A stretch of 60,046 bases of DNA from positions 1 through 60,046 of the forward strand of contig JBPCJL010000105.1 of the NCBI GenBank assembly GCA_051005355.1, given 5' to 3'. The notes below the pieces were generated by a model that saw only the letters and a program-made list of their open reading frames with translations, did not search any database and was not told the DNA's origin. How positions within the stretch are numbered: position 1 is the stretch's first letter; the number at the start of each line of letters is the position of its first letter. Below, one piece after another: positions 25,410 through 34,903 of the stretch. This stretch comes from Ilumatobacteraceae bacterium (GTDB lineage Bacteria > Actinomycetota > Acidimicrobiia > Acidimicrobiales > Ilumatobacteraceae). Both the position numbers and the translations under genes were made by a program.

Positions 25410-26546
25410 TCACGACTGGCTTGGCGGGCGCGCCAGCAGCGTGGCGGCGCTGGTCGGCCACTCGACCGCCACGTCGTCACCGACGGGAAGCGGCCGGCCG
25501 CCGGCCACCTCGGCCTTGAGCGGTTCGGCGAGTCCGGTCACCGAGATGCGGTACGAGAAGCCGGTGCCGCGGAAGGACACGTCGGCCACCGTGCCCGTGA
25601 CCCCGTGGTGCGTCGAATCGAGCACCTCCTCGTCGCCCGCCGTGGCGGGACGCACGCGCACGTTCTCCGGGCGCAGCACCAGCCAGGCCGCGCCCCGCAC
25701 GACGCCGTCGATCAACAAGGGGCGGCCGCCGACACGGACGCACGCCCGCACTTCGTCGCCGGGCTCGGCCTCGACGGCCACGACGTTGGCGTTGCCCACG
25801 AGCCGGGCGACGAACGGGGTCGCCGGCCGGTTGTACACCTCGTCGGGCGTCCCGACCTGCTCGACCCGTCCGGCGCTGAACACGGCGATCCGGTCGGACA
25901 GCGCCAACGCTTCGCGCTGGTCGTGGGTCACGTAGACGAAGGTGCCGCCCAGTTCGCGATGCAACCGTCGCAGCTCTTCCTCCATCTCCAGCCGGATCTT
26001 CAGGTCGAGCGCCGAGAGCGGCTCGTCGAGCAGCAGCACGTCGGGCCGGTTGACGATGGCGCGGGCCAGGGCGACGCGTTGCAGCTGACCGCCCGACAGC
26101 TCATGGGCGCGACGATCCTGGTAACCGGACAGCCGCACGAGCGCCAGCGCCTCGTCGACTCGCGCCTTCATGTCGGGCTTGGCCATGCGGGCGATGCGCG
26201 GGCCGAAGGCGACGTTGCCGGCGACGTCGAGGTGGGGGAACAGCGTCGGACGCTGGAAGACCATGTTCACTGGGCGGCGGTTGGCGGGCAGTCGCGTGAC
26301 GTCGCGCCCACTCAGGCGCACGGTCCCCGAGGTCGGCCGGTCGAAGCCGCCGATGATCCGCAGCAACGTCGACTTGCCGCAGCCGGAGGGACCGAGCAGC
26401 GTGAGGAACTCGCCCTGCCCGACCGTCAGCGTGACGCCGTCCAGCGCCTTCACCGTGCCGAAGCGTCGCGACACGTCGACCACCTCGACGCGGGCGTCGC
26501 CGACCGTCGGGGCGGCGCCGACTTCGGCGCCGGCGTCGACGTTCAT
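25410..26546 (-). CDS. ABC transporter ATP-binding protein (PotA-like, with C-terminal TOBE-like domain)
   Basis: Trimmed to MNVDAGAEV (ATG 26546). Walker A GPSGCGKST, signature LSGGQLQRVALARA, Walker B LLLDEPLSALD. Confidence 0.9.
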   Translation of the reverse strand: MNVDAGAEVGAAPTVGDARVEVVDVSRRFGTVKALDGVTLTVGQGEFLTLLGPSGCGKSTLLRIIGGFDRPTSGTVRLSGRDVTRLPANRRPVNMVFQRPTLFPHLDVAGNVAFGPRIARMAKPDMKARVDEALALVRLSGYQDRRAHELSGGQLQRVALARAIVNRPDVLLLDEPLSALDLKIRLEMEEELRRLHRELGGTFVYVTHDQREALALSDRIAVFSAGRVEQVGTPDEVYNRPATPFVARLVGNANVVAVEAEPGDEVRACVRVGGRPLLIDGVVRGAAWLVLRPENVRVRPATAGDEEVLDSTHHGVTGTVADVSFRGTGFSYRISVTGLAEPLKAEVAGGRPLPVGDDVAVEWPTSAATLLARPPSQS

Positions 26547-27373
26547 GGCGCCGGCTCCCGGTCTCCGGCGGGGGCGATCACGCCGCGCCGGTCGCCGCGC
26601 AGGGTGAGGACGAACGACCCGGCGAACAGGACCAGCGAGATCAGCAGCAGCAGCGTGGAGATGGCGTTGATCGACGGATCGACAGTGCGGCGCAGGCTGG
26701 AGAAGATGAACAACGGCAGCGTCGACTGCGGCCCGATGACGAAGAACGTGATCACGAACTCGTCGAAGCTGAGCGCGAAGCCGAGGAACGTGGCCCCCAT
26801 CAGCACCGGCCACACCTGCGGCAGGGTGACGCGGGTGAACACGAGCCAGCCGTTGGCGCCGAGGTCCGCACCGGCCTCCTCGAGCGCCGGGTCAAGGCGT
26901 TGGAGCGCAGCGAGGGCGATGAGCAGGAAGTACGGCATGACGTAGACGAGGTGGGCGATCGTCACGGTCGTCAGCGACAGCGACACGTCGACGCGCCCGA
27001 ACAGCACCAGCAGCGCCAGCCCGATGAACAGTCCGGGCAGCGTCAGCGGCAGGAACAGCAGCAGGGCGAGGGGCGCCCTCCACCGGCTCCGTGCCTTGCT
27101 CAACGCGTACGCAGCAAGGGTGCCGAGCACCAACGTCGTCACGGCCGTCGCCGTCGCCACCACGGCGCTGCTGCGGATCGACGACCGGAACTCCTCGGAC
27201 TCGAAGATCTGCTCGTACCAGCGCAATGAGAACCCCCGGAACGGCAGCGAGAGGCTGCCCACCGAGTTGAACGAGAAGAGCACGACGACGAGCAGCGGCG
27301 CGAACAGGAACACCAGCGAGGCCACCACGACGCCGGTCGTGAGCGGGCTGCGCTGGCGGCGCGCGCTGTCCAT
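26543..27373 (-). CDS. ABC transporter permease (PotC-like)
   Basis: 276 aa, 6 TM segments, EAA-type loop LEEAGADLGANGWLVFTRVTLP. 4-nt overlap with the ATPase. Confidence 0.9.
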   Translation of the reverse strand: MDSARRQRSPLTTGVVVASLVFLFAPLLVVVLFSFNSVGSLSLPFRGFSLRWYEQIFESEEFRSSIRSSAVVATATAVTTLVLGTLAAYALSKARSRWRAPLALLLFLPLTLPGLFIGLALLVLFGRVDVSLSLTTVTIAHLVYVMPYFLLIALAALQRLDPALEEAGADLGANGWLVFTRVTLPQVWPVLMGATFLGFALSFDEFVITFFVIGPQSTLPLFIFSSLRRTVDPSINAISTLLLLISLVLFAGSFVLTLRGDRRGVIAPAGDREPAP

Positions 27374-28314
27374 CAGGTCGCCAGCCGAACGTCGTGCAGC
27401 CGGAGTCGACGCAGCACGAAGGCGCCGACGACGTACAGCAGCACGAAGCTGCCGAGCATCAGGAACGACGTGGCGGCGGCGAGCGGCCAGTCACCGACGG
27501 TGATGAAGGCGGCCTGGATCCGCACGCCGAGCGTCGTGCCCTCGCGACCGCCGAGGAACTGCGGCGTCACGTAGTCCGATGCAGCCAGGACGAAGACGAA
27601 GACGAACGCGTTCCAGCAGGGCGCGGCCATGATCGGCACGACGACGCGGCGCCAGAGGAGGCCGGCGCCGGCGCCGAGGTCCTGGCCGGCTTCGAGCAAG
27701 CCATCGCTGATCGGCGTCATGGCCGCGTACAGCACGAGGACCACGAACGGCAAGAAGATGTGCACCAGCGCGATGACGACGGCGATTCGGTTGTACAGGA
27801 GGAAGTCGAGCGGCTGGTCGATGAGGCCAAGCGAGTCGAGACCGCCGTTGATCACCCCCTCGCTGCCGAGGACCGTGCGCCAGGCGTAGATGCGCACGAG
27901 GTAGCTGGCGAACATCGACGCCGTGATGAGGAACAGCACGATCAACCTCGACCGGCCGGCGACGAAGCGCAGCCAGTAGGCGATCGGCAGGCCGACCAGC
28001 ACGCACACCGCCCCCGTCGCCAGCCCGACGACGAGGGAGTTGCGGGCCAGCGTCCGGTTCAGCGGATCGGACAGCGCCTCTGAGTACGCATCCGTCGTGA
28101 ACGGGGTCGACACCTCGTAGAGGCCGGCCGTCATCAAGCTGTAGACGGCGAAGATCACGAGCGGCACGGCAAAGAACAGCAGCATCCACACGAACGCGGG
28201 GAGTGCGGCGACGAGGGGCTTGCGGCGGCGGTCGGAGGACGGACCACCACTGCGACGGTCGCCGGAAGGGACCGCCCCCGTGCCGGAGCCGCGCACCGAT
28301 CTCGGTGCCGACAC
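27373..28314 (-). CDS. ABC transporter permease (PotB-like)
   Basis: ORF 27373..28374(-). EAA loop LLEAGQDLGAGAGLLWRRVVVP. Start uncertain: GTG 28314 was chosen because it lies downstream of the SBP stop at 28335. Confidence 0.85.
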   Translation of the reverse strand: MSAPRSVRGSGTGAVPSGDRRSGGPSSDRRRKPLVAALPAFVWMLLFFAVPLVIFAVYSLMTAGLYEVSTPFTTDAYSEALSDPLNRTLARNSLVVGLATGAVCVLVGLPIAYWLRFVAGRSRLIVLFLITASMFASYLVRIYAWRTVLGSEGVINGGLDSLGLIDQPLDFLLYNRIAVVIALVHIFLPFVVLVLYAAMTPISDGLLEAGQDLGAGAGLLWRRVVVPIMAAPCWNAFVFVFVLAASDYVTPQFLGGREGTTLGVRIQAAFITVGDWPLAAATSFLMLGSFVLLYVVGAFVLRRLRLHDVRLAT

Positions 28315-28334
28315 CGGCGCGTCGGAGACCAGGC

Positions 28335-29585
28335 TCAGACGCCCGCCTTGATCTGCTGCCACGCATCGGACCACTCCGAGAACGTGACGACGTCGCTCGA
28401 CTCCGTCGGCGGCACGGTCGCCAGCGGCGCCCGCTCCAGCAGCTCCTCGAGCTCCTCGTAGGGGTACAGCGCTCTCGTCGCCTCGTCGAGCTGGTCAACG
28501 GAATCGGCGACGGTGACCGCGCCCACGAGGTAGATGGCCGCCTCGGCGTTGGTGGTCGGGTCGAGGCTCTGGTTGATCCAGGCGTGGGCGGCGTCGGGGT
28601 TGACCGCCGTCGGCGGGATGGCGTAGGCGTCGCAGAAGCTGTGGCTGCCCTCCTCGGGCAGGTTGGTCATGATCGTCGTGACGCCCTCGGCGGCGGCGAA
28701 GCTGTTCATCGCCGCCCAGCCGTGGAAGCAGGCGACGATGTCACCGGAGACGAGCTGCGTGGTCATGTCGCCGAAGGACGGCGCCACGCCCTTGGTCTGG
28801 GCGGCGAACTGCTCGAGCAACTCGACGACATCGGCCATCTGGTCCTTGGGCAGCGCGCCCGAGTCGAGCGATAGGATCTTGCACGCCAGCGCCAGGTTGC
28901 CGACGGGATCGTCGACCATGCCCACCCTGCCGGTCAGTGAGGGGTCGAGCAGGTCGTACCAGGATGACATCTCGGAGATCTCGTCGGAGTTGTAGGTCAG
29001 CCCGATCGAGCCCCACGTGAACGGCACGCCCGTACGGGCGCCGTCGGCATCGATCCAGAAGTTCTGCTCCTCGGACCCCCAGAACGGCAGCAGACCAGCC
29101 AGGTTGGGGATCTTGCTCTCGTCGAGCCGGGTGAGGATCTCCAGCTCTGCGTACAGCGGTTTGTAGCCCTGGTAGTAGGTGATCAGGTCGTAGCCGGCGC
29201 TGTCGCCACCGGCGAGCAGCTTGGCCTGGATCTCGTCGTGGTTGGCGATGTAGGTCGGGTTGACGCTGATGCCGTTCTCGGTCTCGAACGCCTCGACCGA
29301 CTCGACCGGCAGGTCGTAGCCCTCCCACGACAGGTCGTTGATAGCGCCGGTCGCAGCTCCGCCGGCAGGCGCCGCGCTCGAGCCCGTGGCACCGGCGGTG
29401 GTGGCGCTCGACCCGCCCGTGGTCGGCGTCGTGGTCGCGCCCGCACCCTCGTCGTCGTTGCTGCCGCAGGCGGCGAGGGTGGACGGCGCCGCGCCCAGTG
29501 CCACCACGGTGAGCCCGGCGCGGCGCATCACCTCCCGGCGGGTCAGCCCCAGCGTGAACGGACTCGGTGCAGGACAGCGGTTCAT
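28335..29585 (-). CDS. ABC transporter substrate-binding lipoprotein, PotD/PotF (polyamine-type) family
   Basis: Trimmed to MNRCPAPSPF (ATG 29585). Tat-lipoprotein signal TRREVMRRAGLTVVALGAAPSTLAAC. Thr/Gly/Ser-rich linker, then a PotD-like body (WEGYDLP, IPNLAGLLP, VPFTWGSIGLTYN). Confidence 0.8.
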   Translation of the reverse strand: MNRCPAPSPFTLGLTRREVMRRAGLTVVALGAAPSTLAACGSNDDEGAGATTTPTTGGSSATTAGATGSSAAPAGGAATGAINDLSWEGYDLPVESVEAFETENGISVNPTYIANHDEIQAKLLAGGDSAGYDLITYYQGYKPLYAELEILTRLDESKIPNLAGLLPFWGSEEQNFWIDADGARTGVPFTWGSIGLTYNSDEISEMSSWYDLLDPSLTGRVGMVDDPVGNLALACKILSLDSGALPKDQMADVVELLEQFAAQTKGVAPSFGDMTTQLVSGDIVACFHGWAAMNSFAAAEGVTTIMTNLPEEGSHSFCDAYAIPPTAVNPDAAHAWINQSLDPTTNAEAAIYLVGAVTVADSVDQLDEATRALYPYEELEELLERAPLATVPPTESSDVVTFSEWSDAWQQIKAGV

Positions 29586-29689
29586 GTCGGTTCCCCCTGG
29601 CTCAGGTCGCCGGCCGCAACCGGCTGGATCGGGCACCCTACGGCTCGTGCCGGCGCCGCTTCCGTCGCCCCCCGACGGATCACCGCACA

Positions 29690-29701
29690 CATACCGGTAT
29701 G
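29690..29701. promoter_or_regulatory. Perfect 12-bp palindrome CATACCGGTATG plus an extra ATACC half-site, in the divergent promoter region
   Basis: cATACCGGTATgaATACCact at 29690-29710, in a locally AT-richer stretch 40 nt upstream of the Gfo gene ATG (29740) and ~105 nt upstream of the SBP gene start. Confidence 0.3.
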
Positions 29702-29739
29702 AATACCACTGCCCGACTGTACGTTAGGGTGCGAAGCGC

Positions 29740-30867
29740 ATGCAAGGGTCCGCCGAGACGCTCGCCCGTCCGGTGCGGGTCGGGTTCGTGGGCTCGGGCA
29801 GCGTACTGTCGGCCTACCTCCGCCTCGTCGATCAGCTCGTCCCGCGTGGCCTGGCCGTCGAGAGCGCCATCTGGGTGCGCGACCCCGAACGGCGCACCGA
29901 GCTGACGGCACGGCGCCCCGCTGGTCGCTACGTCGACGAGCTCGACGACGTGCTGGCCGGCGACGCCGACGTCATTGCCGTGATCACGCCCCCGCACCTC
30001 CACGCCGAGCACGTCACCGCCGCGCTCGAGGCCGGCAAGCACGTCCTCTGCGAGAAGCCGATCGCCATGACCCGCGATCAAGCCGTGCCGCTCTACGAGC
30101 TGGCCGAGCGCCGGGGGCTGCGACTCGTGGCGGCGCCGTTCGTGCACCTGTGCCCGACGCTGCGCCACCTCTGGGCGCAGGTCAGCGCCGGGGAGATCGG
30201 TGACGTGCACGCAGCGCGGGCGCTCTACGGGAACCCGGGCTCGTCGTGGTCGCGGTGGTTTCACGAGACCGGCGTCGGGCCCCTGCCCGAGGTGGGCATC
30301 TACAACCTGAAGACGCTGGCCGTCCTGCTCGGCCGCGTCGCCGAGGTGATCGCCGTGGAGAGCCGTAGCACGACGGCTCGCGTGGTCGGCGGCGAGCGGA
30401 TCGAGGACCCGGACCCCGACGGGTTCCAGCTCCTTCTCCGCCACGAGGCCGGCGCCGTCTCGGTGGTGACGGCGAGCCATGCCATCCACCAGTACCGCCG
30501 TCCCGCTGCCGAGCTCTATGGCACGCGGGGCACGGCCAACCTGCTCGGTGACGACTGGGACCCTTCCGGCTTCGCGATCTGGACCACAGCGACCGGCGCG
30601 TGGACCGAGCACGACGCCATCGACCGGACCTGGCCGTGGACCGACGGCCTGCGCGATCTCGTCGTGGCCGCACGCGAGGGTCGGGCACCGACCTCGTCGG
30701 CGTCGCTCGACCTGCACCTGCTCGACATCGTCGATGCGGCGAGATCGTCAGCGTCGACCGGCCACTGCGTCGAGCTGACGTCGACGTTCGAACCGGTCGA
30801 CATGACCCACACGGTGCGCCACGGCGTCGCCGTCCACGACCACACCCGTCCGGCGGACGAGCAGTGA
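29740..30867 (+). CDS. Gfo/Idh/MocA-family oxidoreductase
   Basis: Rossmann VRVGFVGSGSV and HVLCEKPIAMT (EKP motif). Confidence 0.85.
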   Translation: MQGSAETLARPVRVGFVGSGSVLSAYLRLVDQLVPRGLAVESAIWVRDPERRTELTARRPAGRYVDELDDVLAGDADVIAVITPPHLHAEHVTAALEAGKHVLCEKPIAMTRDQAVPLYELAERRGLRLVAAPFVHLCPTLRHLWAQVSAGEIGDVHAARALYGNPGSSWSRWFHETGVGPLPEVGIYNLKTLAVLLGRVAEVIAVESRSTTARVVGGERIEDPDPDGFQLLLRHEAGAVSVVTASHAIHQYRRPAAELYGTRGTANLLGDDWDPSGFAIWTTATGAWTEHDAIDRTWPWTDGLRDLVVAAREGRAPTSSASLDLHLLDIVDAARSSASTGHCVELTSTFEPVDMTHTVRHGVAVHDHTRPADEQ

Positions 30868-31553
30868 CCATCGATCGGGAGGTCGAGTCGGACGGCAGCG
30901 GGATCGACCCCGGGCTGGTGTACATCGAGATGATCAGCCGCCGCCCCGGCGTCGGCCTGCACGAGTTCCACGCCGTCGCCGGCATGGGGCAATCGGGCTG
31001 GGGCGACGAGTACGGCGACGACATCGCGGTGCTCAACGTGGGCCGCACCTGGCGAATGGGCGAGGAGCCGGAGTACCTGTGCGCCTGGTACAGCCCCGGC
31101 CACGGGCTCGAGCGAATCGACGAATGGGAAGCCACGTTCGCCTCCGGCGCCGCCGACCGGTTCGAGGAACCGTTCCGGATCGCCGCCCGGATCGATCGCG
31201 CCGGCTGCTACGTCCCGCTCCTCGAACCCGTGGTCGGGACGGCCGGCCGCTACTACGCCGAGTGGTTCGACGTCGCGCCGGGCCGGTCACGCGACGACGT
31301 GGCCGACGGGTTCCGCCACCGCCGAGAGCGCCATGGGGCGCTGACGCTGAACCTGCTCGTCGACCGAATCGGGCTGCTCGGCCCGGCGCCGCGCGGCCTG
31401 GCCGTGTGGGGCGTGCCGTCGTGGGCCGCGGTCGCCGAGATCGCCGAGGACCTGACCGGTGACTTTGACGGTGACGGTGACGACGGCGCGATGCGGCCGG
31501 TCCGCCTGGTCAGTGCGTCGTTCTACGCCGACTTCGGTCGCGAGCAGTTGTGA
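30864..31553 (+). CDS. Hypothetical protein (two similar halves; possibly tandem EthD/NIPSNAP-like alpha/beta-barrel domains, which is inference only)
   Basis: 3' part of ORF 30600..31553(+). GTG 30864 overlaps the Gfo stop (GTGA). Sequence is non-repetitive with high GC3 and an acidic DGDGDD insert near the C-terminus. Confidence 0.55.
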   Translation: MTIDREVESDGSGIDPGLVYIEMISRRPGVGLHEFHAVAGMGQSGWGDEYGDDIAVLNVGRTWRMGEEPEYLCAWYSPGHGLERIDEWEATFASGAADRFEEPFRIAARIDRAGCYVPLLEPVVGTAGRYYAEWFDVAPGRSRDDVADGFRHRRERHGALTLNLLVDRIGLLGPAPRGLAVWGVPSWAAVAEIAEDLTGDFDGDGDDGAMRPVRLVSASFYADFGREQL

Positions 31554-31617
31554 GCGAACCGCACCCGAGTGTTGGCGGGAGCCCGTCCCGCCGGCCACCG
31601 ATCGGCCAGGTCGCCGC

Positions 31618-32388
31618 GTGACCACTGCTCGGCTGGCTGGTCGCGTGGCCCTCATCACCGGGGCGGGCGTCGGCATCGGGCGGGCCGTCGCCGTTCGCCT
31701 CGCCGAGGAGGGCGCCGACGTCATCGTCACCTCGCGCACGTTGGCCAACGCCGACGAGACGGCGGCCGAGGTCGAAGCGGCCGCCGGACAGGCACCGGCG
31801 ACGCACGCCCTCGATGTCGCCGACCGGTCGGCGATCGACCGGGTGGTCGGCGACGTCGTGGCCGCGAAGGGACGCATCGACGTCGTCGTGGCCAACGCCG
31901 GCGTCGACCTGCCCCGCGGCCCATCAGTGGAGGCAACGACCGACGACGAGTGGGACCATGTGTTCGAGGTCAACGTCGGTGGCATGTTCCGCGTCGTGCG
32001 GGCCGCGCTGCCAGCGATGCCGGCGGGCGGCTCCATCGTCACCGTCGGTTCGATCAACTCGTTCATCGCGTGGCCCAACAACGCGGCGTACACCGCCACC
32101 AAGGGCGCCGTTCTGCAGTTCACGCGCGCCATCGCCCTCGAGCTGGCGCCACGGGGCATCCGGGCCAACTGCGTCTGCCCCGGCGTCATTGACACGCCGC
32201 TGACTCGCTCGTTCCTGCAGGGCGACGACGCCACACAGCTCGAAGCCGAGTACGCCGCGATCTCGCCGATGAACCGCATGGGCACGGCCCGCGAGGTCGC
32301 CGACGCCGTGCTGTTCCTCGCCTCCGACGAGGCCACGTTCATCACCGGCTCCGCCCTGATGGTCGACGGCGGAACCACCGCCCGCTGA
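31618..32388 (+). CDS. Short-chain dehydrogenase/reductase (SDR)
   Basis: Trimmed to GTG 31618 (VTTARLAGRVALITGAGVGIGRA). NAG, and the YTATKGAV (YxxxK) motif. Confidence 0.85.
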   Translation: MTTARLAGRVALITGAGVGIGRAVAVRLAEEGADVIVTSRTLANADETAAEVEAAAGQAPATHALDVADRSAIDRVVGDVVAAKGRIDVVVANAGVDLPRGPSVEATTDDEWDHVFEVNVGGMFRVVRAALPAMPAGGSIVTVGSINSFIAWPNNAAYTATKGAVLQFTRAIALELAPRGIRANCVCPGVIDTPLTRSFLQGDDATQLEAEYAAISPMNRMGTAREVADAVLFLASDEATFITGSALMVDGGTTAR

Positions 32389-32391
32389 GCG

Positions 32392-33156
32392 CTACCAGAC
32401 GCCGCCCAGCGCCGCCGTCACGGCCTCCCCGTTGACGGCGGTGGCGTCGTCGCTGGCCAGCCACACGATCACGCGAGCGATCTCCTCCGGCTCCAGCACG
32501 CGGCCGCGCGGGTAGTGGGCGTCGTGCTCGGCCCACACGAGTTCGGGCGAGGTCGATCGCGTCGCCGCCTCGTGCTCGACGTCGATTTCGGCCATCGGGG
32601 TGCGCACCCAGCCTGGCAGCACAGCGTTGCAGGTACCGCCGAACGTCCCGACGTCGTGGGCGACGGAGCGCATGAGGCCGAGCAGCCCGTGCTTGGAGGC
32701 GCAGTAGGCCGCCATCTCCGGGGCCCCGAGTTGCCCCGCGGTCGAGCTGGTCATGACGACACGCCCCCACCCGCCCTGGCGCATGTCCAGCGTGCACGCC
32801 CGCGTGAGCAGGAATGCGGCGTCGAGGTTGATCGCCATCGTCGCCCGCCACTCGGCCGGGTCCTGATCCCAGATCGGGCCCTCGGCGAACCAGCGGCCGG
32901 CGTTGCTGACGAGGATCTCCACCGGGCCGAGCCGGCGCCTCGTCTCGCCCACCGCGTGTGCGCACCCCTCGGGGTCCTCGAGCGATGCGACGCAGTGGGC
33001 GACGCCGGTCTCCTCGGTCAACACCGTCAGCTGTTCGGCGTCGTGGGACACGGCCATCACCTGCGCCCCGCGCGCGGCGAGGAGGATGGCCGTCGCCCGT
33101 CCGATGCCCGAGCTACCGCCGGTGACCAGCGCGACACGGCCTTCCATCCCCGTCAC
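32392..33156 (-). CDS. Short-chain dehydrogenase/reductase (SDR)
   Basis: VALVTGGSSGIGRA, NAG, YCASKHGL. The stop lies 3 nt from the stop of the convergent SDR gene. Confidence 0.85.
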   Translation of the reverse strand: MTGMEGRVALVTGGSSGIGRATAILLAARGAQVMAVSHDAEQLTVLTEETGVAHCVASLEDPEGCAHAVGETRRRLGPVEILVSNAGRWFAEGPIWDQDPAEWRATMAINLDAAFLLTRACTLDMRQGGWGRVVMTSSTAGQLGAPEMAAYCASKHGLLGLMRSVAHDVGTFGGTCNAVLPGWVRTPMAEIDVEHEAATRSTSPELVWAEHDAHYPRGRVLEPEEIARVIVWLASDDATAVNGEAVTAALGGVW

Positions 33157-33932
33157 GGGACGAGCACCTCATCCTGCGGAGGTGGCCCGTGCACCGCCTC
33201 GTGCAACCTACGGACGGTCTCCGCAGGGTCGGGCGATCCCCAGACGTTGCGCCCGAAGGCGACGCCGGCGGCCCCCGCCGCGCAGGCGCGTCGAACGGCG
33301 GCGAACATCGCTTCGCGATCATCGGCCGGATCACCACCGGCCAGCACCACCGGGACACCGAACGCGTTCGTTTCCCTCATGGCGTCGGGCGTCGAGGGCA
33401 TCGTTGTCTTGATCACGTGGGCGCCCAGCTCGGCGCCAACCCGGCAGGCGGCGACGATGGCGAGCGGTGCGCTCGGCTCAGGAAAGCGCTCGCTCTCGAC
33501 GGGCATGATCTCGCAAACGTACGGGACGCCGGCGCGATCGGCGGCGGCCGCCACGGCGGCGGCGTTGCGCAGCGCCTCGAGCTCGAACGGCGCGCCCAGC
33601 TGGACGAAGGTCAGGACCGCATCGGCGCCGAGTCGGGTCGCATCGTCCAAGGTCCACGCCAGCGAGTACTCAGAGACGGGGTAGCTGCCACCGACGGCGA
33701 CGGTCGTCAGGTCGAGCTTGAGGATCGTCGCGCACGTGCCAAAGACGGGCCGCTCATCCCGCAGGCTGCCGTAACTGCAGATGATCGCGTCGGCACCGGC
33801 GTCCACGACCGTGCGGATCACCGCCCGCCGATCCTCCAGGCCGGCGCACGGCCACGAGTAGAGCGGGTGGTCCACGGCGACGACGACGATGCGGCCGCCG
33901 TCCCCGAGCAGCGTGCGGCGGAGGTCGGTCAC
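33153..33932 (-). CDS. Class I aldolase, DhnA/LsrF/FbaB-like family
   Basis: Trimmed to GTG 33932 (GTGA overlap). VVAVDHPL, GADAVLTFV, and HVIKTTMP (candidate Schiff-base Lys), then VVLAGG. The family call rests on overall resemblance. Confidence 0.7.
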   Translation of the reverse strand: MTDLRRTLLGDGGRIVVVAVDHPLYSWPCAGLEDRRAVIRTVVDAGADAIICSYGSLRDERPVFGTCATILKLDLTTVAVGGSYPVSEYSLAWTLDDATRLGADAVLTFVQLGAPFELEALRNAAAVAAAADRAGVPYVCEIMPVESERFPEPSAPLAIVAACRVGAELGAHVIKTTMPSTPDAMRETNAFGVPVVLAGGDPADDREAMFAAVRRACAAGAAGVAFGRNVWGSPDPAETVRRLHEAVHGPPPQDEVLVP

Positions 33933-34903
33933 GGGATGAACACCGACTTGAGCACGGTCGACGACGACCGGCCGACCAGCGCGTCCTCGAGATCGTCGAA
34001 CGAGCAGTGGTCGGTGACGAGCTGTTCGAGGGGCAACGTGCCGCCGGCGATCAGCTCGACAGCCTCGTCGTACCAGTGCCGGCGCTGGTTGGGCGGCGTG
34101 CCGATCCACTCGCTGCCGACCAGGGCGACCTCACGGTAGTGCAGGACGTTGAGGTCGATCGTCATCAGTTGACGATCCCCGAACCCGGCGAAGAGCACGA
34201 CCCGCCCGCCGTTGGCCGCAGCGTCGATGCACGACGGGACCAAGTCGGGGTCACCGGTGCACAGCACCACCGACGCTGCGCCGCCGTCGAACCGTTGACG
34301 CACCTTGGCGACCCAGCCATCGGGCTCGACGGCGTCGATCGCCCCGAGCTGGCGCGCCAGTCGCCGGCGCTCCTCCTGGGGCTCCACCGCCACGACGGCC
34401 ACGCCGGCCTGCGCGGCGACGGCGATCGTCATGAGGCCCATCGAGCCGGCGGCGACGACGGCCATCGACGAGCCCGGCGACGCCGCCGCCTGGTCGAAGC
34501 AGGCGTGCAGGCAGTCGGCGAGGGGTTCGACGAAGACGGCGCGATCCGTCGGCACGCCATCCGGTACCCGCACCGCACCGCACGACCACCCGTCGGCCTC
34601 GCCGCGCACGATGTTGAAATCGGCATAGCCGCCGTAGGTGTCGCCGTACACCCGCTCGCCGGCGGCCCACCCGCTCACCTCCGGTCCGACCTCGGCGATC
34701 CGCCCGACCCACTCGTGGCCGGGGTTGAACGGGTACTCACCATCGTTCACGCCGACGCGGTACTTGCGGGCGTCGGTCGCGCACACCCCGTTGGCCTCGA
34801 CGCGCACAAGCAGCTCGCCCGCCGATGGTGATGGGCGGGGCACGATCTCGGTGCGCAGGTCACCGATGCCGTGCAGTCGGCAGGCCCGCATGGTGACTGT
34901 CAT
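33929..34903 (-). CDS. Zinc-dependent medium-chain alcohol/polyol dehydrogenase
   Basis: GVCATDARKY, GHEWVGRIAEVG, and the nucleotide loop VVAAGSMGLM. Confidence 0.85.
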   Translation of the reverse strand: MTVTMRACRLHGIGDLRTEIVPRPSPSAGELLVRVEANGVCATDARKYRVGVNDGEYPFNPGHEWVGRIAEVGPEVSGWAAGERVYGDTYGGYADFNIVRGEADGWSCGAVRVPDGVPTDRAVFVEPLADCLHACFDQAAASPGSSMAVVAAGSMGLMTIAVAAQAGVAVVAVEPQEERRRLARQLGAIDAVEPDGWVAKVRQRFDGGAASVVLCTGDPDLVPSCIDAAANGGRVVLFAGFGDRQLMTIDLNVLHYREVALVGSEWIGTPPNQRRHWYDEAVELIAGGTLPLEQLVTDHCSFDDLEDALVGRSSSTVLKSVFIP

